The translations under genes and the position numbers were made by a program. A DNA stretch of 64,000 nucleotides from Vicinamibacterales bacterium (GTDB taxonomy: Bacteria > Acidobacteriota > Vicinamibacteria > Vicinamibacterales > UBA8438), in contig CBDBOU010000002.1 of NCBI GenBank assembly GCA_965208535.1, forward strand, positions 2,883,701 through 2,947,700, written 5' to 3'. Every line of letters begins with the position of its first letter. Position 1 is the first letter of the stretch. Under the pieces are notes generated by a model that saw only the letters and a program-made list of their open reading frames with translations, made no database searches and was not told the DNA's origin. Of this stretch, positions 29,904 through 41,841 are shown one piece after another.

Positions 29904-31027
29904 GATCGCGACGCGGCGGCCTCCTGCAGGATCGTGAACGTATCGGCCGCGGCCCTCGCCCACGTGTAGCGGGCAAGGACCGGTCTCGCCTGTTCGAGCA
30001 GGGTCTCGCGGAGGCCGCGGCGGGTGAGCAGCTCGACGATCGCCGCCGCGACGGCCCCGGGATCGTCCGCCGGCACGCGCCGCGCCGCCTGCCCATAGAC
30101 CTCGCGCGCGACGGGCGTGTCCGCGGCAACCACCGGCACGCCGGCCGCCAGCGCCTCGAGAGGCGTCAGACCGAACCCCTCGTACTCCGAGAGCCACGCG
30201 AAGACCGCCGCCCGCCGGTACAGCGCGGCAAGTTCCGCATCTGCAACGTAGGACAGGAACGCCACCCGCGAGGCGACGCCGCTGGCCTCGGCCATGCCCC
30301 GCAGGTCTTCCGGCGGGCGGGTCCGGTCGGGACCGACGATCGCGAGCTCGGCGCGGGGTACCTCGCGCACTACGCGCTCGAACGCGGCGATCAGCACGGG
30401 GAGCCGCCGGCGTGTGAACAGGGCGCCAACATGGAGGATCAACGGGGCGGCGCCCGCGTCCCGCGTGTCCGCCGGTCGGCGTTCCGTCCGGGCGAGCGCG
30501 GTGACGCCGTTGTGGACGACTCGAACCCGTGTCGGGGCCGGGTTCAGATACGTGAGGATCTCCCGGCGCGAGAATTCGGAGACGGCTACGACGGTGCGGG
30601 CGGCAGACGCGGCGCGGGCGGCCAGCCAGCGGCGGCGAGGTCCTTCGCGCCACCCGAACCACTCGGGATGGGCAAGGAAGGAAACATCGTGCAGAGTGAC
30701 CACCAATGGGATGGCGAGGGCGAGGGGAACGGAATAACCCGGTCCGAAGAACACGTCGAGGCGATCGGCTGCCGCGCGGCGCGCCAGTGCCGTCTGTTCC
30801 CACCAGAGGCCGCCGCCGCCCGGTACGGTGACGCCGGTCAGTCGCGCACCGGCGGCCGAGGAAGCGGACTCGTACGTAGCGGGAGGTGCGTCGCGCGGTG
30901 TGTACACGAGCAACTCATGCCCGGCGTACGACGGCGAGCCGGTCCACTCGCCGCACAGGTTCGCGAGATAGCGCCCGACGCCGGTGGGCCGACCGAGAGA
31001 TTCCCGGCCGTCGATGCCGATCCTCAT
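29900..31027 (-). CDS. Glycosyltransferase family 4
   Basis: MRIGIDGRE start at 31027 and the SEYEGFGLTPLEALAAGVPVV motif. The stop overlaps the GT2 start (ATGA). Confidence 0.85.
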   Translation of the reverse strand: MRIGIDGRESLGRPTGVGRYLANLCGEWTGSPSYAGHELLVYTPRDAPPATYESASSAAGARLTGVTVPGGGGLWWEQTALARRAAADRLDVFFGPGYSVPLALAIPLVVTLHDVSFLAHPEWFGWREGPRRRWLAARAASAARTVVAVSEFSRREILTYLNPAPTRVRVVHNGVTALARTERRPADTRDAGAAPLILHVGALFTRRRLPVLIAAFERVVREVPRAELAIVGPDRTRPPEDLRGMAEASGVASRVAFLSYVADAELAALYRRAAVFAWLSEYEGFGLTPLEALAAGVPVVAADTPVAREVYGQAARRVPADDPGAVAAAIVELLTRRGLRETLLEQARPVLARYTWARAAADTFTILQEAAASRS

Positions 31028-31147
31028 GCGGCCGGTCCCGGTCCGGCCGCCCGATCTGTCGTGCGGCAGCATGCCGGCCGATACTCAGTGCAGACGCGCA
31101 TACCGCAGCGGATCGTACCATACGGTGGCCGGGCGGACGATTGCCGT

Positions 31148-31200
31148 CAATGACCCATAAAGTAGGGTAAGTCCCAATTTAGTAGTGGTTTAACAGGCAT
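31148..31200. promoter_or_regulatory. AT-rich island in the divergent GT-operon / ugd intergenic region (probable promoter/operator zone)
   Basis: CAATGACCCATAAAGTAGGGTAAGTCCCAATTTAGTAGTGGTTTAACAGGCAT is strikingly AT-rich for this DNA. I could not assign precise -35/-10 boxes. Confidence 0.3.
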
Positions 31201-31253
31201 CCGAGTGGCGTCGGCAACGTTGTGCCGACCAGAGCGGCGGCGGGGGGCGGTAG

Positions 31254-32549
31254 ATGAAGCTGGCGGTCGTCGGAACAGGCTATGTCGGACTGGTCGTCGG
31301 AGCCTGTTTCGCGGAGAACGGCAACGACGTCATCTGTGTCGACAGCGACGTCCGGAAGGTCGAATCGTTGAAGCAGGGTCGGCTACCGATCTACGAGCCC
31401 GGCCTCGGAGAGCTGGTGACCCGCAACGGAGCGGAGAACCGGCTCCGGTTCGCAACCGAGCTGGCGCCCGCGGTCGCGGGTGCGCAGGTGGTCTTCATTG
31501 CCGTGGGCACGCCGCCCGGAGAGGACGGCTCCGCGGATCTGACGCACGTGCTGGCCGTGGCGCGCGATCTGGCCCGCGCCATCACCGGCTATACCGTCAT
31601 CGTCACCAAGAGCACCGTGCCGGTCGGTACTGCGGCACGGTTGCGTGGGGTCGTGGAGCAGGAGACTGCACACCCCTTCAGCGTGGTCAGCAATCCCGAG
31701 TTTCTCAAGCAGGGCGCGGCGATAGACGACTTCATGCGGCCGGACCGGGTGGTCATCGGCGCCGAGGATCAACGGGCGGCGGCGTTGATGCAGACGCTGT
31801 ATGCGCCATTCACCCGCACCGGCGCTCCGATTCAACTCATGGATTGCGCCAGCGCCGAGCTGTGCAAGTACGCCTCGAACGCCATGCTGGCCACGCGTGT
31901 CTCCTTCATGAACGAGATCGCAACGGTCTGCGAACTGTTCGGCGCCGATGTCGACAAGGTCCGCCGCGCGATGGCCGCCGACCGGCGGATCGGGCCTTCG
32001 TTCCTGTTTCCGGGCATAGGCTACGGAGGGAGCTGCTTTCCCAAGGACATCAAGGCCTTGGTCAGCTCTTCGCGCGCCGCGGGCTACCGTTGCCGGATTC
32101 TCGAAGCGGTCGAAGCGGTCAACGCCACGCAGAAGTTGCGCCTGGTGGAGAAGATGCGCACGCACTTCGACTCGCTGGAGGGAAAGACCATAGGGGTGTG
32201 GGGACTCTCGTTCAAGCCGCGGACCGACGACATGCGGGAGGCGCCGTCGGTGCCGACAATCGAGGCGCTGCTGGTTGCCGGTGCGACCGTACGGGCGTAC
32301 GATCCACAGGCCGCGCGGGCGGCTCGTGGGGTCTTCGGCGACCGCATCACCTATGCGCAACGCGGCTACGACGCGCTCGACGGGGCCGATGCGCTCGCGA
32401 TCGTCACCGAGTGGAACGAGTTCCGCGAGCCGGATTTCGCTCGCATGCGCTCGCTGATGCGGACACCGGTGATCTTCGACGGGCGCAACGTCTTCGACGT
32501 CGAACAGATGCGCACGGAAGGCTTCACCTACTACTCGATCGGGAGATAG
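31254..32549 (+). CDS. ugd: UDP-glucose 6-dehydrogenase
   Basis: MKLAVVGTGYVGLVVGACFAENGN.., GGSCFPKD catalytic Cys motif, 431 aa. Confidence 0.95.
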   Translation: MKLAVVGTGYVGLVVGACFAENGNDVICVDSDVRKVESLKQGRLPIYEPGLGELVTRNGAENRLRFATELAPAVAGAQVVFIAVGTPPGEDGSADLTHVLAVARDLARAITGYTVIVTKSTVPVGTAARLRGVVEQETAHPFSVVSNPEFLKQGAAIDDFMRPDRVVIGAEDQRAAALMQTLYAPFTRTGAPIQLMDCASAELCKYASNAMLATRVSFMNEIATVCELFGADVDKVRRAMAADRRIGPSFLFPGIGYGGSCFPKDIKALVSSSRAAGYRCRILEAVEAVNATQKLRLVEKMRTHFDSLEGKTIGVWGLSFKPRTDDMREAPSVPTIEALLVAGATVRAYDPQAARAARGVFGDRITYAQRGYDALDGADALAIVTEWNEFREPDFARMRSLMRTPVIFDGRNVFDVEQMRTEGFTYYSIGR

Positions 32550-32553
32550 ACGC

Positions 32554-34473
32554 TTGCGTTCCCTGGTTCGGCTCGCCCGCTACGCGATTCCGCACCGGTG
32601 GCGGTTCGGCTGGGCGGTGGCGGCCATGGGGATCTACGCGGCAGCGTCGGTGGCGCTGGTCACGCTCATCGACCCGATCTTCAACGACGTCCTCGGGCCG
32701 GAAGGCGCAGCCGCCGGGCAGTCGCGGTTCTGGGTCGTCGCGGCGGCCCTCTTCGGGGAGGCTGCCGTCGCGGAGTTCCGCGTCGCCATCGGGTCGCAGT
32801 TTCGGATCATCGCCCTGATGATTCTGGGCCTTGCCCTCGCGAAGGGCGTCGGGAGCTTCTTCTCGGAGTTCCTGATGGCGGACGTCGGGCAGCGGCTGGT
32901 GCGCGATCTGCGCAACGATCTGTTTCGCCACACGCTGGGTCAGTCGGCGGGCTTCTTCGCGCGACACACCACCGGCGGTCTGATGTCGCGCATGATGCAC
33001 GACATCACCCGTGTCCAGCAGGTGGTCACGGTCACCCTGGGAGATCTGTTGCGCGAGTCGATCACGGTCTTCGGACTGGCGATCTGGCTGTGCTTCCTCG
33101 ACCTGCGGCTGGCGCTGGTGGCAATGAGCTGCGCTCCGCTGATCATCTATCTGCTGGTGCGGCTGGGACAGCGGGTGAGGCGCAACACGTACCGCGTGCA
33201 GGAGGAGCTCGGCCGGTTGTCCCACGTGACCGCGGAAGCCTTCACCGGACACCGCATCGTCAAGGCGTTCGCGGCCGAGCGGTTCGAGGGGCGCCGGTTC
33301 GCGCGCACCGCGCAGCGTGTCTACCGGATCACGATGAAGGTGACCAGCACGCTCTCCGTGCTGCCGCCGCTCATGGAATGGCTCGGGGCGTTCGCAGTCG
33401 TCGGTGTGCTGTGGTACGGCACCACCCGAATCGAGGGCGGCGAGATGACCGCGGGCGGCTTTACGGCGTTCGTCGCCGCCCTGCTGTACATGTACGGGCC
33501 GATCAAGAAGCTCAGCCGGGTGAACGCGCATCTGCAGCAGGCGGGTGCGGCGGCCGAGCGCGTCTTCGAGCTGCTCGATACGCGTAGCGAGGTGGCGGAT
33601 CGTCCGTCCGCCGGTGCCCTGCCGTCGCTGCGGTCCGCCATCAGCTTCCGGGACGTGAGCTTCGCGTACGACGACAACACCGCGGATCCGGTCCTGCGCG
33701 GCGTGTCGTTCGATGTCGAAGCAGGCCAGGTGGTTGCCATCGTCGGTCTGAGCGGAGCGGGCAAGACGACTCTGGTCAATCTCCTACCGCGCTTCTACGA
33801 CGTCATCGACGGAGCCATCCTGATCGACGGCGTCGACATCCGCGACGTCACCCTGCGGTCGTTGCGCGAGAGCATCGGCATCGTCACCCAGGACACGGTG
33901 CTGTTCGACGACACGATCGCGAACAACATCGCCTATGCTGCGCCGGCCGCGGATCGGGCCATGGTCGAAGCGGCGGCCCGGGCGGCCCATGCCCACGAGT
34001 TCATCGCCGCCCTGCCGTCGGGCTTCGACACCACGATCGGCGAGCGCGGCCAGCGGCTGTCGGGCGGCCAGCGGCAGCGCATTGCGATCGCCCGCGCCCT
34101 GCTGAAGAACTCGCCCATCCTGATTCTGGACGAGGCGACGTCTTCGCTGGACGCAGAGTCCGAGCTGCTGGTGCAGGATGCGCTGGCGCAACTGATGCTG
34201 AACCGCACTTCCTTCGTCATCGCGCACCGTCTGTCGACGGTCCGCCGGGCCGACGCGATCATCGTGCTCGACGATGGCCGCGTGCGCGAGATAGGGCGGC
34301 ACGAGGAATTGCTGGCCGATCCGGACAGCCATTACGCTCGGCTCTACGCGATGCAGTTCTTCGAGCGGACGGCGTCCTCCGCTCCGGTCGGAACGGCGGT
34401 CGGCGTGCTGGAGGCGGCTCGTGGTTGGGCGTCCGAACCGGATGCGCCCGGGCCCGCCGACAGTGACCGCTAG
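32554..34473 (+). CDS. ABC transporter, fused permease/ATPase (MsbA-like exporter)
   Basis: Six-TM N-terminal domain, Walker A GLSGAGKTT, signature LSGGQRQR, Walker B ILILDEATS. TTG 32554 lies 7 nt after GGGAGA. Confidence 0.9.
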   Translation: MRSLVRLARYAIPHRWRFGWAVAAMGIYAAASVALVTLIDPIFNDVLGPEGAAAGQSRFWVVAAALFGEAAVAEFRVAIGSQFRIIALMILGLALAKGVGSFFSEFLMADVGQRLVRDLRNDLFRHTLGQSAGFFARHTTGGLMSRMMHDITRVQQVVTVTLGDLLRESITVFGLAIWLCFLDLRLALVAMSCAPLIIYLLVRLGQRVRRNTYRVQEELGRLSHVTAEAFTGHRIVKAFAAERFEGRRFARTAQRVYRITMKVTSTLSVLPPLMEWLGAFAVVGVLWYGTTRIEGGEMTAGGFTAFVAALLYMYGPIKKLSRVNAHLQQAGAAAERVFELLDTRSEVADRPSAGALPSLRSAISFRDVSFAYDDNTADPVLRGVSFDVEAGQVVAIVGLSGAGKTTLVNLLPRFYDVIDGAILIDGVDIRDVTLRSLRESIGIVTQDTVLFDDTIANNIAYAAPAADRAMVEAAARAAHAHEFIAALPSGFDTTIGERGQRLSGGQRQRIAIARALLKNSPILILDEATSSLDAESELLVQDALAQLMLNRTSFVIAHRLSTVRRADAIIVLDDGRVREIGRHEELLADPDSHYARLYAMQFFERTASSAPVGTAVGVLEAARGWASEPDAPGPADSDR

Positions 34474-34500
34474 CGCTTCGAGCGGGAGGAGCCTGCGCGC

Positions 34501-35388
34501 GTGATCAAGTCCATGACCGGCTTCGCGTCCCTGACCCGCGAAGACGAGGCCGTGACGGTGAGCGTCACCGCGCGCAGCGTGAATCATCGGTACCTCGATC
34601 TGCAGATCCATCTTCCACAGAACCTGCTGCGGTTGGAGCCGCGTGTCCGTGAGCTGGCGCAACGCCGTGTCGCTCGCGGCAGGCTGGAGCTCAGGATCAC
34701 GGCTCGCCGCCGCACCCCCGTTCCCGTCGAGGTGGAGGTGGACGAGGGGTTGGTCGCGGCCCTGGTGGAGGTCGCCGGGCGGCCCGACATCGTGCGCGCG
34801 ACCGGCGGGGGCTGGACCGTCGGCGAGCTGCTGGGGTTTCCCCGGGTCCTGACGATAGAGGAGCGGACCGGCGAGTCGGAGGCGGATCCGGATGTCGACG
34901 CGACGATCGCCGCGGCCGTCGGCGAGGCGTTGGACGAGCTGGATCGCATGCGCGCGAACGAAGGCGGGCATTTGCGCCGCGATCTCGAGGCGCGCCTGGC
35001 TGCGCTCGACCGGCTCGTCGATCGCATGGAAGGGAGCGCTGCCGCGGCGGCGGAGACGCTCGGGCAACGGCTCGAGGCGAGACTCGCCGAAATGGGACCG
35101 GACGTGCAGGCCGACCCGGCCGCGTTGGCGCAGGAGGTAGTACGCTTCGTGGCGCGCTCCGACATCCACGAGGAGATAACGAGATTGCGGGCCCACGTCT
35201 CGCACTGGAGCTCGCTCGCGGATGGACCGGAGCCGTGTGGTCGAAAGCTCGATTTCCTGTTGCAGGAGATGAACCGCGAGGTCAACACGATCGGGTCCAA
35301 GGCGGATGGTACCGAGACGCCGGAGCTGGTCGTGGCGGCCAAGGCGGAGCTGGAGAAGCTGCGTGAACAGACCCAGAACGTGGAGTGA
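34501..35388 (+). CDS. yicC: YicC family stress-induced protein
   Basis: MIKSMTGFA.., SVNHRYLDL.., and the C-terminal EMNREVNTIGSK and EKLREQTQNVE motifs. Confidence 0.9.
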   Translation: MIKSMTGFASLTREDEAVTVSVTARSVNHRYLDLQIHLPQNLLRLEPRVRELAQRRVARGRLELRITARRRTPVPVEVEVDEGLVAALVEVAGRPDIVRATGGGWTVGELLGFPRVLTIEERTGESEADPDVDATIAAAVGEALDELDRMRANEGGHLRRDLEARLAALDRLVDRMEGSAAAAAETLGQRLEARLAEMGPDVQADPAALAQEVVRFVARSDIHEEITRLRAHVSHWSSLADGPEPCGRKLDFLLQEMNREVNTIGSKADGTETPELVVAAKAELEKLREQTQNVE

Positions 35389-35442
35389 TGGGTGTGGCGC
35401 CGCGACCTCCGTGGTGCCGCGGCACTGCCGGTTGGAGCGGGC

Positions 35443-36099
35443 ATGACCCGCCGCGGGCGCCTGATCGTCGTGTCGGCGCCGTCGGGAACCGGAAAGACGA
35501 CCCTGGTCCGCCGGCTGGAAGAACGCGTGCCCGGTCTGGTCCGATCTCGGTCGTACACGTCACGCGCGCCGCGGCCGGGCGAAGTCGATGGCGTCGACTA
35601 CCATTTCGTGGCGCCGGACCGCTTCCGTGACATGATCGAGGGAGGCGAGTTCCTGGAATGGGCCGATGTCTTCGGGCGCTTGTACGGGACGGGCGCCGCG
35701 GAGACGGAGCGCTGCCGGACGGCGGGTCTCGACGTCGTGCTGGTCATCGACGTACAGGGGGCCCGGCAGGTGCGCCGCAGAGTACGGGAGGCGGTGGGCA
35801 TATTCGTGCTGCCTCCGTCGTTCGGGAATCTGGAGGAGCGGCTCCGCGGCCGGAGCAGGGACGCGTCGGACGCAGCGGATCTGGAACGGCGACTCTGCAC
35901 CGCGCGGCAAGAGGTCGGGATGGTCGACGAGTACGACTACGCGGTGGTCAATGACGACATCGACGCGTGCGTCGACCGGCTCTGCCACATCGTGCTTGCC
36001 GAGCGGTCCCGGGTGGCGGCCATGAGCGACACTATCCGCTCGGTCGTCGAGACCTTCGACGGCGTCGACCCGGCCGCGGGACCCCAGGGCGGGGACTGA
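35443..36099 (+). CDS. gmk: Guanylate kinase
   Basis: LIVVSAPSGTGKTTL P-loop and SRSYTSRAPRPGEVDGVDYHF. ATG 35443. Confidence 0.9.
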   Translation: MTRRGRLIVVSAPSGTGKTTLVRRLEERVPGLVRSRSYTSRAPRPGEVDGVDYHFVAPDRFRDMIEGGEFLEWADVFGRLYGTGAAETERCRTAGLDVVLVIDVQGARQVRRRVREAVGIFVLPPSFGNLEERLRGRSRDASDAADLERRLCTARQEVGMVDEYDYAVVNDDIDACVDRLCHIVLAERSRVAAMSDTIRSVVETFDGVDPAAGPQGGD

Positions 36100-36104
36100 C
36101 CGCG

Positions 36105-37343
36105 ATGGCGCTGGTCGCGCTCGGCGTCAGCGGCGGGATAGGGGCGTACAAGGCGGTCGAGGTCGCCCGCGGGCTCCAGCAGCGCGGGCACGACGTGGCC
36201 GTGGCGATGACGGCCAACGCACGGCGGTTCGTGGGGCCGTTGACGTTCGAGGCGATTACCGGGCGCCGGGTCGCGGCCGATCAGTTCGCGCCCGGGGTGA
36301 ACTCCGACATCGACCACATCGCCCTGGCCTCGACGATCGATCTCCTGCTGGTCGCCCCGGCCACCGCCAACGTCATCGGCAAGTTCGCGAACGGGATTGC
36401 CGACGACTTCCTGTCGTCGCTGTACCTCGCGACCACCGCACCGGTGCTGGTCGCCCCGGCCATGAACACCAACATGCTCTCGCACGCCGCGGTTCGCGCG
36501 AACCTCCACACGCTGGACGCGCGAGGCGTCCGTTTCGTCGAGCCGGGCGACGGCTATCTCGCCTGCGGCTGGGTGGGGCCCGGCCGGCTGGCGGAGCCCG
36601 AGGCGATCGTGGAGGCGGCGGACGGACTTCTGCGCGGCGGCGGCGCTTGGGCGGGGCGCTCGATTCTGGTGACCGCCGGCCCGACCTGCGAGGATCTCGA
36701 TCCGGTTCGCTTTCTGGGTAACCGGTCGACCGGGCGCATGGGTTACGCGGTGGCGGCCGAGGCGGCCGCGCGTGGCGCGCGCGTCATGCTGGTCAGCGGG
36801 CCGACCACGCTCGATCCACCGGCCGGGGTGGAGGTGACCGCGGTGCGCAGCGCCGACGAGATGTACGCGGAGGTCGTCCGGCTGGTCTTCGCGGGCAAGG
36901 TGGACGCGGTGGTGATGGCGGCGGCGGTGGCGGACTATACGCCCGCCGCGGGTGCGCAGCGCGCCAAGATCCGGAAGTCCGACGACGACCTGGTGCTGGC
37001 GTTGCGCCGTACGCCGGACGTTCTGGCGGAGCTGGGGGCGCGGCGCGGGAACGCGGCGAAACCGGTGCTGGTCGGTTTCGCGGCCGAAACCGGCGATGCG
37101 GTGGAGCGGGCCCGCGCGAAGCTCATCCGCAAGCAGGTCGACATGGTCGTCGCGAACGACGTGACCGAGCCGGGAGCCGGCTTCGGAGTGGACACGAACG
37201 TGGCGACGCTGGTGAGCGCCGAGAGCAGTGAGCCGGTCTCGCGGCGGTCGAAGCGGGATCTCGCCCGCGTGATTCTCGATCGGGTCGAGGCGCGCCTGGG
37301 CGTATCTCGATCGACTGCGGGACGCCAGGAGTCTGCGCCGTAG
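36105..37343 (+). CDS. coaBC: Bifunctional phosphopantothenoylcysteine decarboxylase / phosphopantothenate-cysteine ligase
   Basis: GVSGGIGAYK, PAMNTNM, TAGPT.E.LDPVRFLGNRSTGRMG. The last codons RQESAP-stop lie in a hairpin-B repeat. Confidence 0.95.
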   Translation: MALVALGVSGGIGAYKAVEVARGLQQRGHDVAVAMTANARRFVGPLTFEAITGRRVAADQFAPGVNSDIDHIALASTIDLLLVAPATANVIGKFANGIADDFLSSLYLATTAPVLVAPAMNTNMLSHAAVRANLHTLDARGVRFVEPGDGYLACGWVGPGRLAEPEAIVEAADGLLRGGGAWAGRSILVTAGPTCEDLDPVRFLGNRSTGRMGYAVAAEAAARGARVMLVSGPTTLDPPAGVEVTAVRSADEMYAEVVRLVFAGKVDAVVMAAAVADYTPAAGAQRAKIRKSDDDLVLALRRTPDVLAELGARRGNAAKPVLVGFAAETGDAVERARAKLIRKQVDMVVANDVTEPGAGFGVDTNVATLVSAESSEPVSRRSKRDLARVILDRVEARLGVSRSTAGRQESAP

Positions 37344-37412
37344 CAACGGCGCAGAGCTCCTGGCCAGGCCAGGTTGGGCGGCAATCGGAGCCGCAGGCGA
37401 CGATTGTCGGGC
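37325..37412 (-). repeat. Hairpin-B plus module-D repeat
   Basis: CCAGGAGTCTGCGCCGTAGCAACGGCGCAGAGCTCCTGG, followed by CCAGGCCAGGTTGGGCGGCAATCGGAGCCGCAGGCGACGATTGTCGGGC. The latter is the reverse complement of 57158-57205. Confidence 0.7.
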
Positions 37413-37421
37413 GAGGAGTCC

Positions 37422-38314
37422 GTGGTGCCGGACCGCGATCAGGTCGTCGAACACCTGAAGTTCTTCGGAGAGCTCGGTGCGGAAGGGATCAGCCGGGATC
37501 CGCGCTGGCGCACCCGTCCCTGCGAGCAGGGGACCGGCGGAACGCGGCACGGCGTCGAGAGCGATGCCGCGGAGATTGGCGGTGCGTTCGCCGATTCGCA
37601 GGCGACGGCGGCTTCCGATCCGGAGCAGGCGAGGGCAGGGTCCCCCACCCGTGCGGCGCGACCGGCCGCGGACCCGCCGGTCGAGCTCACGCCGTCGTGG
37701 ACCAGCGACTCGTTGTGGGACGCTCCGGCGGCGGCGCAGGGGGCGGGCGATGTCGCGCCGACCGAGCGCTTGCGGAGCATCCGGGACGAGCTGGGCGACT
37801 GCACGCGCTGCAGGCTGCACGGCGGGCGCTCCCATCTGGTGTTCGGCGTCGGCAGACCGGACGCGGAGCTCATGTTCGTCGGCGAGGCGCCGGGGCGGGA
37901 CGAGGACCTGCAGGGAGAGCCGTTCGTCGGCCGGGCCGGACAGTTGCTGACGAGGATCATCGAAGCGATAGATCTGCGGCGCGAGGATGTCTACATCGCG
38001 AACGTCATCAAGTGCCGTCCACCACAGAACCGCAATCCGGAACGGGACGAGGTCGAGACCTGCCGTCCGTTTCTCTTCGCACAGATCGATGCGGTCCGGC
38101 CGCGGGTCGTCGTCGCCCTGGGATCGTTCGCGGTTCGCACGTTGCTCGACGACGATCGCCTGCCCATCTCCAGGGCTCGCGGCCGGGTCTACGCGTGCCG
38201 GGGGGCGAAGCTCGTCCCCACGTTTCATCCGGCCTTCCTGCTGCGGAGTCCCGATCGCAAGCGCGACGTCTGGGAGGACATGAAGCGGGTGCGCTCCCTC
38301 CTGCGCGGCGACTG

Positions 38315-38315
<1 letters not shown>
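37422..38315 (+). CDS. Uracil-DNA glycosylase, family 4, with an N-terminal extension
   Basis: C.RC.L cluster ([10 protein letters not shown]), GEAPG..ED, GRAG, and HPAFLLR at the end. The start is GTG 37422 or 37425 after GAGGAG. Confidence 0.85.
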
Positions 38316-40576
<2,261 letters not shown>

Positions 40577-40597
40577 GAGGAGTCGCGCGCCGTGTGC

Positions 40598-41485
40598 TCA
40601 AGGCTCGGTCAGGAGGCCCTCGATCCGGATCGGCGCGGGCGTGAAGCAGAGGATGAAGATGGCGGCCGTGGCCAGGGCGACCCAACGGCGCCGGTTGTCC
40701 AGCGGTACGTGGTCGTCCAGCGTGCGCGGATGGCGGGGGCCCATGAAGATGAGCATGGTCACCATCAGCACGGCCCACAGGAGCCAGCTCAGAGAGACGA
40801 AGGTGAGTCCCACGACGACCAGGACGCCGCCGAGGGTAAGGCCGGTCGAGCGGGCTCCGAGCGCCGCGTACGAGATGTGTCCGCCGTCGAGCTGCCCGAT
40901 CGGAAACAGGTTCAGCGCCGTCATGAGCAGCCCGAACCAGGCGGCGAAGCCCATCGGATGCAGGTTGATCGCGTGACCGTCGGGCAGCGCGCCCCAGACC
41001 AGCCACGCGGCCGCCTGGAAGAGCAGGGGTTCGCCGAGGATGACGACCGCCGCCGTATCGGCGGCCGGAAGCGGCGTTACCCGCGAGAGCGCGACGCCCG
41101 CGAAGAGCGCCGGCACCGCCACGACGAAACCCGCAATCGGTCCTGCGGCGCCGATGTCGAAGAGCATCGCCTTGGTCGGTATCCGCTGGCGGATGCGGAT
41201 GAAGGCGCCGAACGTTCCGGTCGGCACCAGGGGAACCGGAAGGAAATAGGGCAGGGAGGCGTCCACGCGGTAGTAGCGGCAGGCCCAGTAGTGGCCCAGC
41301 TCGTGAATGCCGAGGATGGCGAGGATCGTGAGGCTGTACCAGGCGCCTTGCAGCAGCTCGATGCGAGGGAGGTCGTCCGAGAAATCGGCGAGAAAGCCCG
41401 CATGATGGTATGCGCCGTTGTACATGGTGGTAGCGAGCGTGGCGAGGAACAGCGCCACGTGCAACCAGATTCGATCGCTACGCAC
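40598..41485 (-). CDS. Site-2 protease family (M50) membrane metalloprotease
   Basis: HELGH zinc motif in a polytopic membrane protein; 295 aa. Confidence 0.8.
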   Translation of the reverse strand: MRSDRIWLHVALFLATLATTMYNGAYHHAGFLADFSDDLPRIELLQGAWYSLTILAILGIHELGHYWACRYYRVDASLPYFLPVPLVPTGTFGAFIRIRQRIPTKAMLFDIGAAGPIAGFVVAVPALFAGVALSRVTPLPAADTAAVVILGEPLLFQAAAWLVWGALPDGHAINLHPMGFAAWFGLLMTALNLFPIGQLDGGHISYAALGARSTGLTLGGVLVVVGLTFVSLSWLLWAVLMVTMLIFMGPRHPRTLDDHVPLDNRRRWVALATAAIFILCFTPAPIRIEGLLTEP

Positions 41486-41750
41486 GGATGTTCTGAAGGT
41501 CCTTGCCCGGCTTGAAGCGTATGGTGCGACCGGGCGGGATGCGGACTTCCTTGCCGGTGCGCGGGTTGCGGCCGATGCCGCGCTTGCGCGGCTTGACCTG
41601 AAACACGCCGAATCCGCGGAGCTCGATGCGCTCGCCGCGCTGCATCGACACGCGCATCGCTTCGAAGACCGCGTCGACGGCTCGTTCCGACTTCACCTTG
41701 GTGATGTCCGCAGCCTTGGAGACCTGGTTGACGATGTCCACCTTGATCAT
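41478..41750 (-). CDS. HU/IHF family DNA-binding protein
   Basis: 90 aa from ATG 41750. ELRGFGVFQVKPRKRGIGRNPRTGKEVRIPPGRTIRFKPGK is the HU/IHF arm. The longer ORF-track version is rejected. Confidence 0.85.
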   Translation of the reverse strand: MIKVDIVNQVSKAADITKVKSERAVDAVFEAMRVSMQRGERIELRGFGVFQVKPRKRGIGRNPRTGKEVRIPPGRTIRFKPGKDLQNIRA

Positions 41751-41780
41751 GTCCCACCGCGCTCCAGAAAGTGTATAACT

Positions 41781-41810
41781 AGCATAGATACTGTAACTTA
41801 CGGCTGTCAA
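41781..41810 (-). promoter_or_regulatory. Candidate sigma70-type promoter for the HU/IHF gene
   Basis: On the minus strand: TTGACA (41810-41805), an 18-nt spacer, then TATGCT (41786-81), about 30 nt before the ATG, inside an AT-rich island. Not validated. Confidence 0.35.
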
Positions 41811-41841
41811 GAGCCGCGCGGCGGCGGAGTCGAACCCCACC

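Noticed and set aside
27511-30129. 872-aa ORF fusing the IS transposase to upstream sequence
   Set aside because: The reading frame runs through the IS terminal repeat into the GT2 and GT4 genes in a wrong frame. Transposase homology starts at MREVH (28929).
31186-31199. Sigma54-like GG...GC element (GTGGTTTAACAGGC) upstream of ugd
   Set aside because: The spacing between the GG and GC dinucleotides is too short for the -24/-12 consensus.
35990-36105. Expected rpoZ between gmk and coaBC
   Set aside because: No frame gives an omega-subunit-like sequence. gmk simply has a ~25-aa C-terminal extension and coaBC starts 6 nt later.
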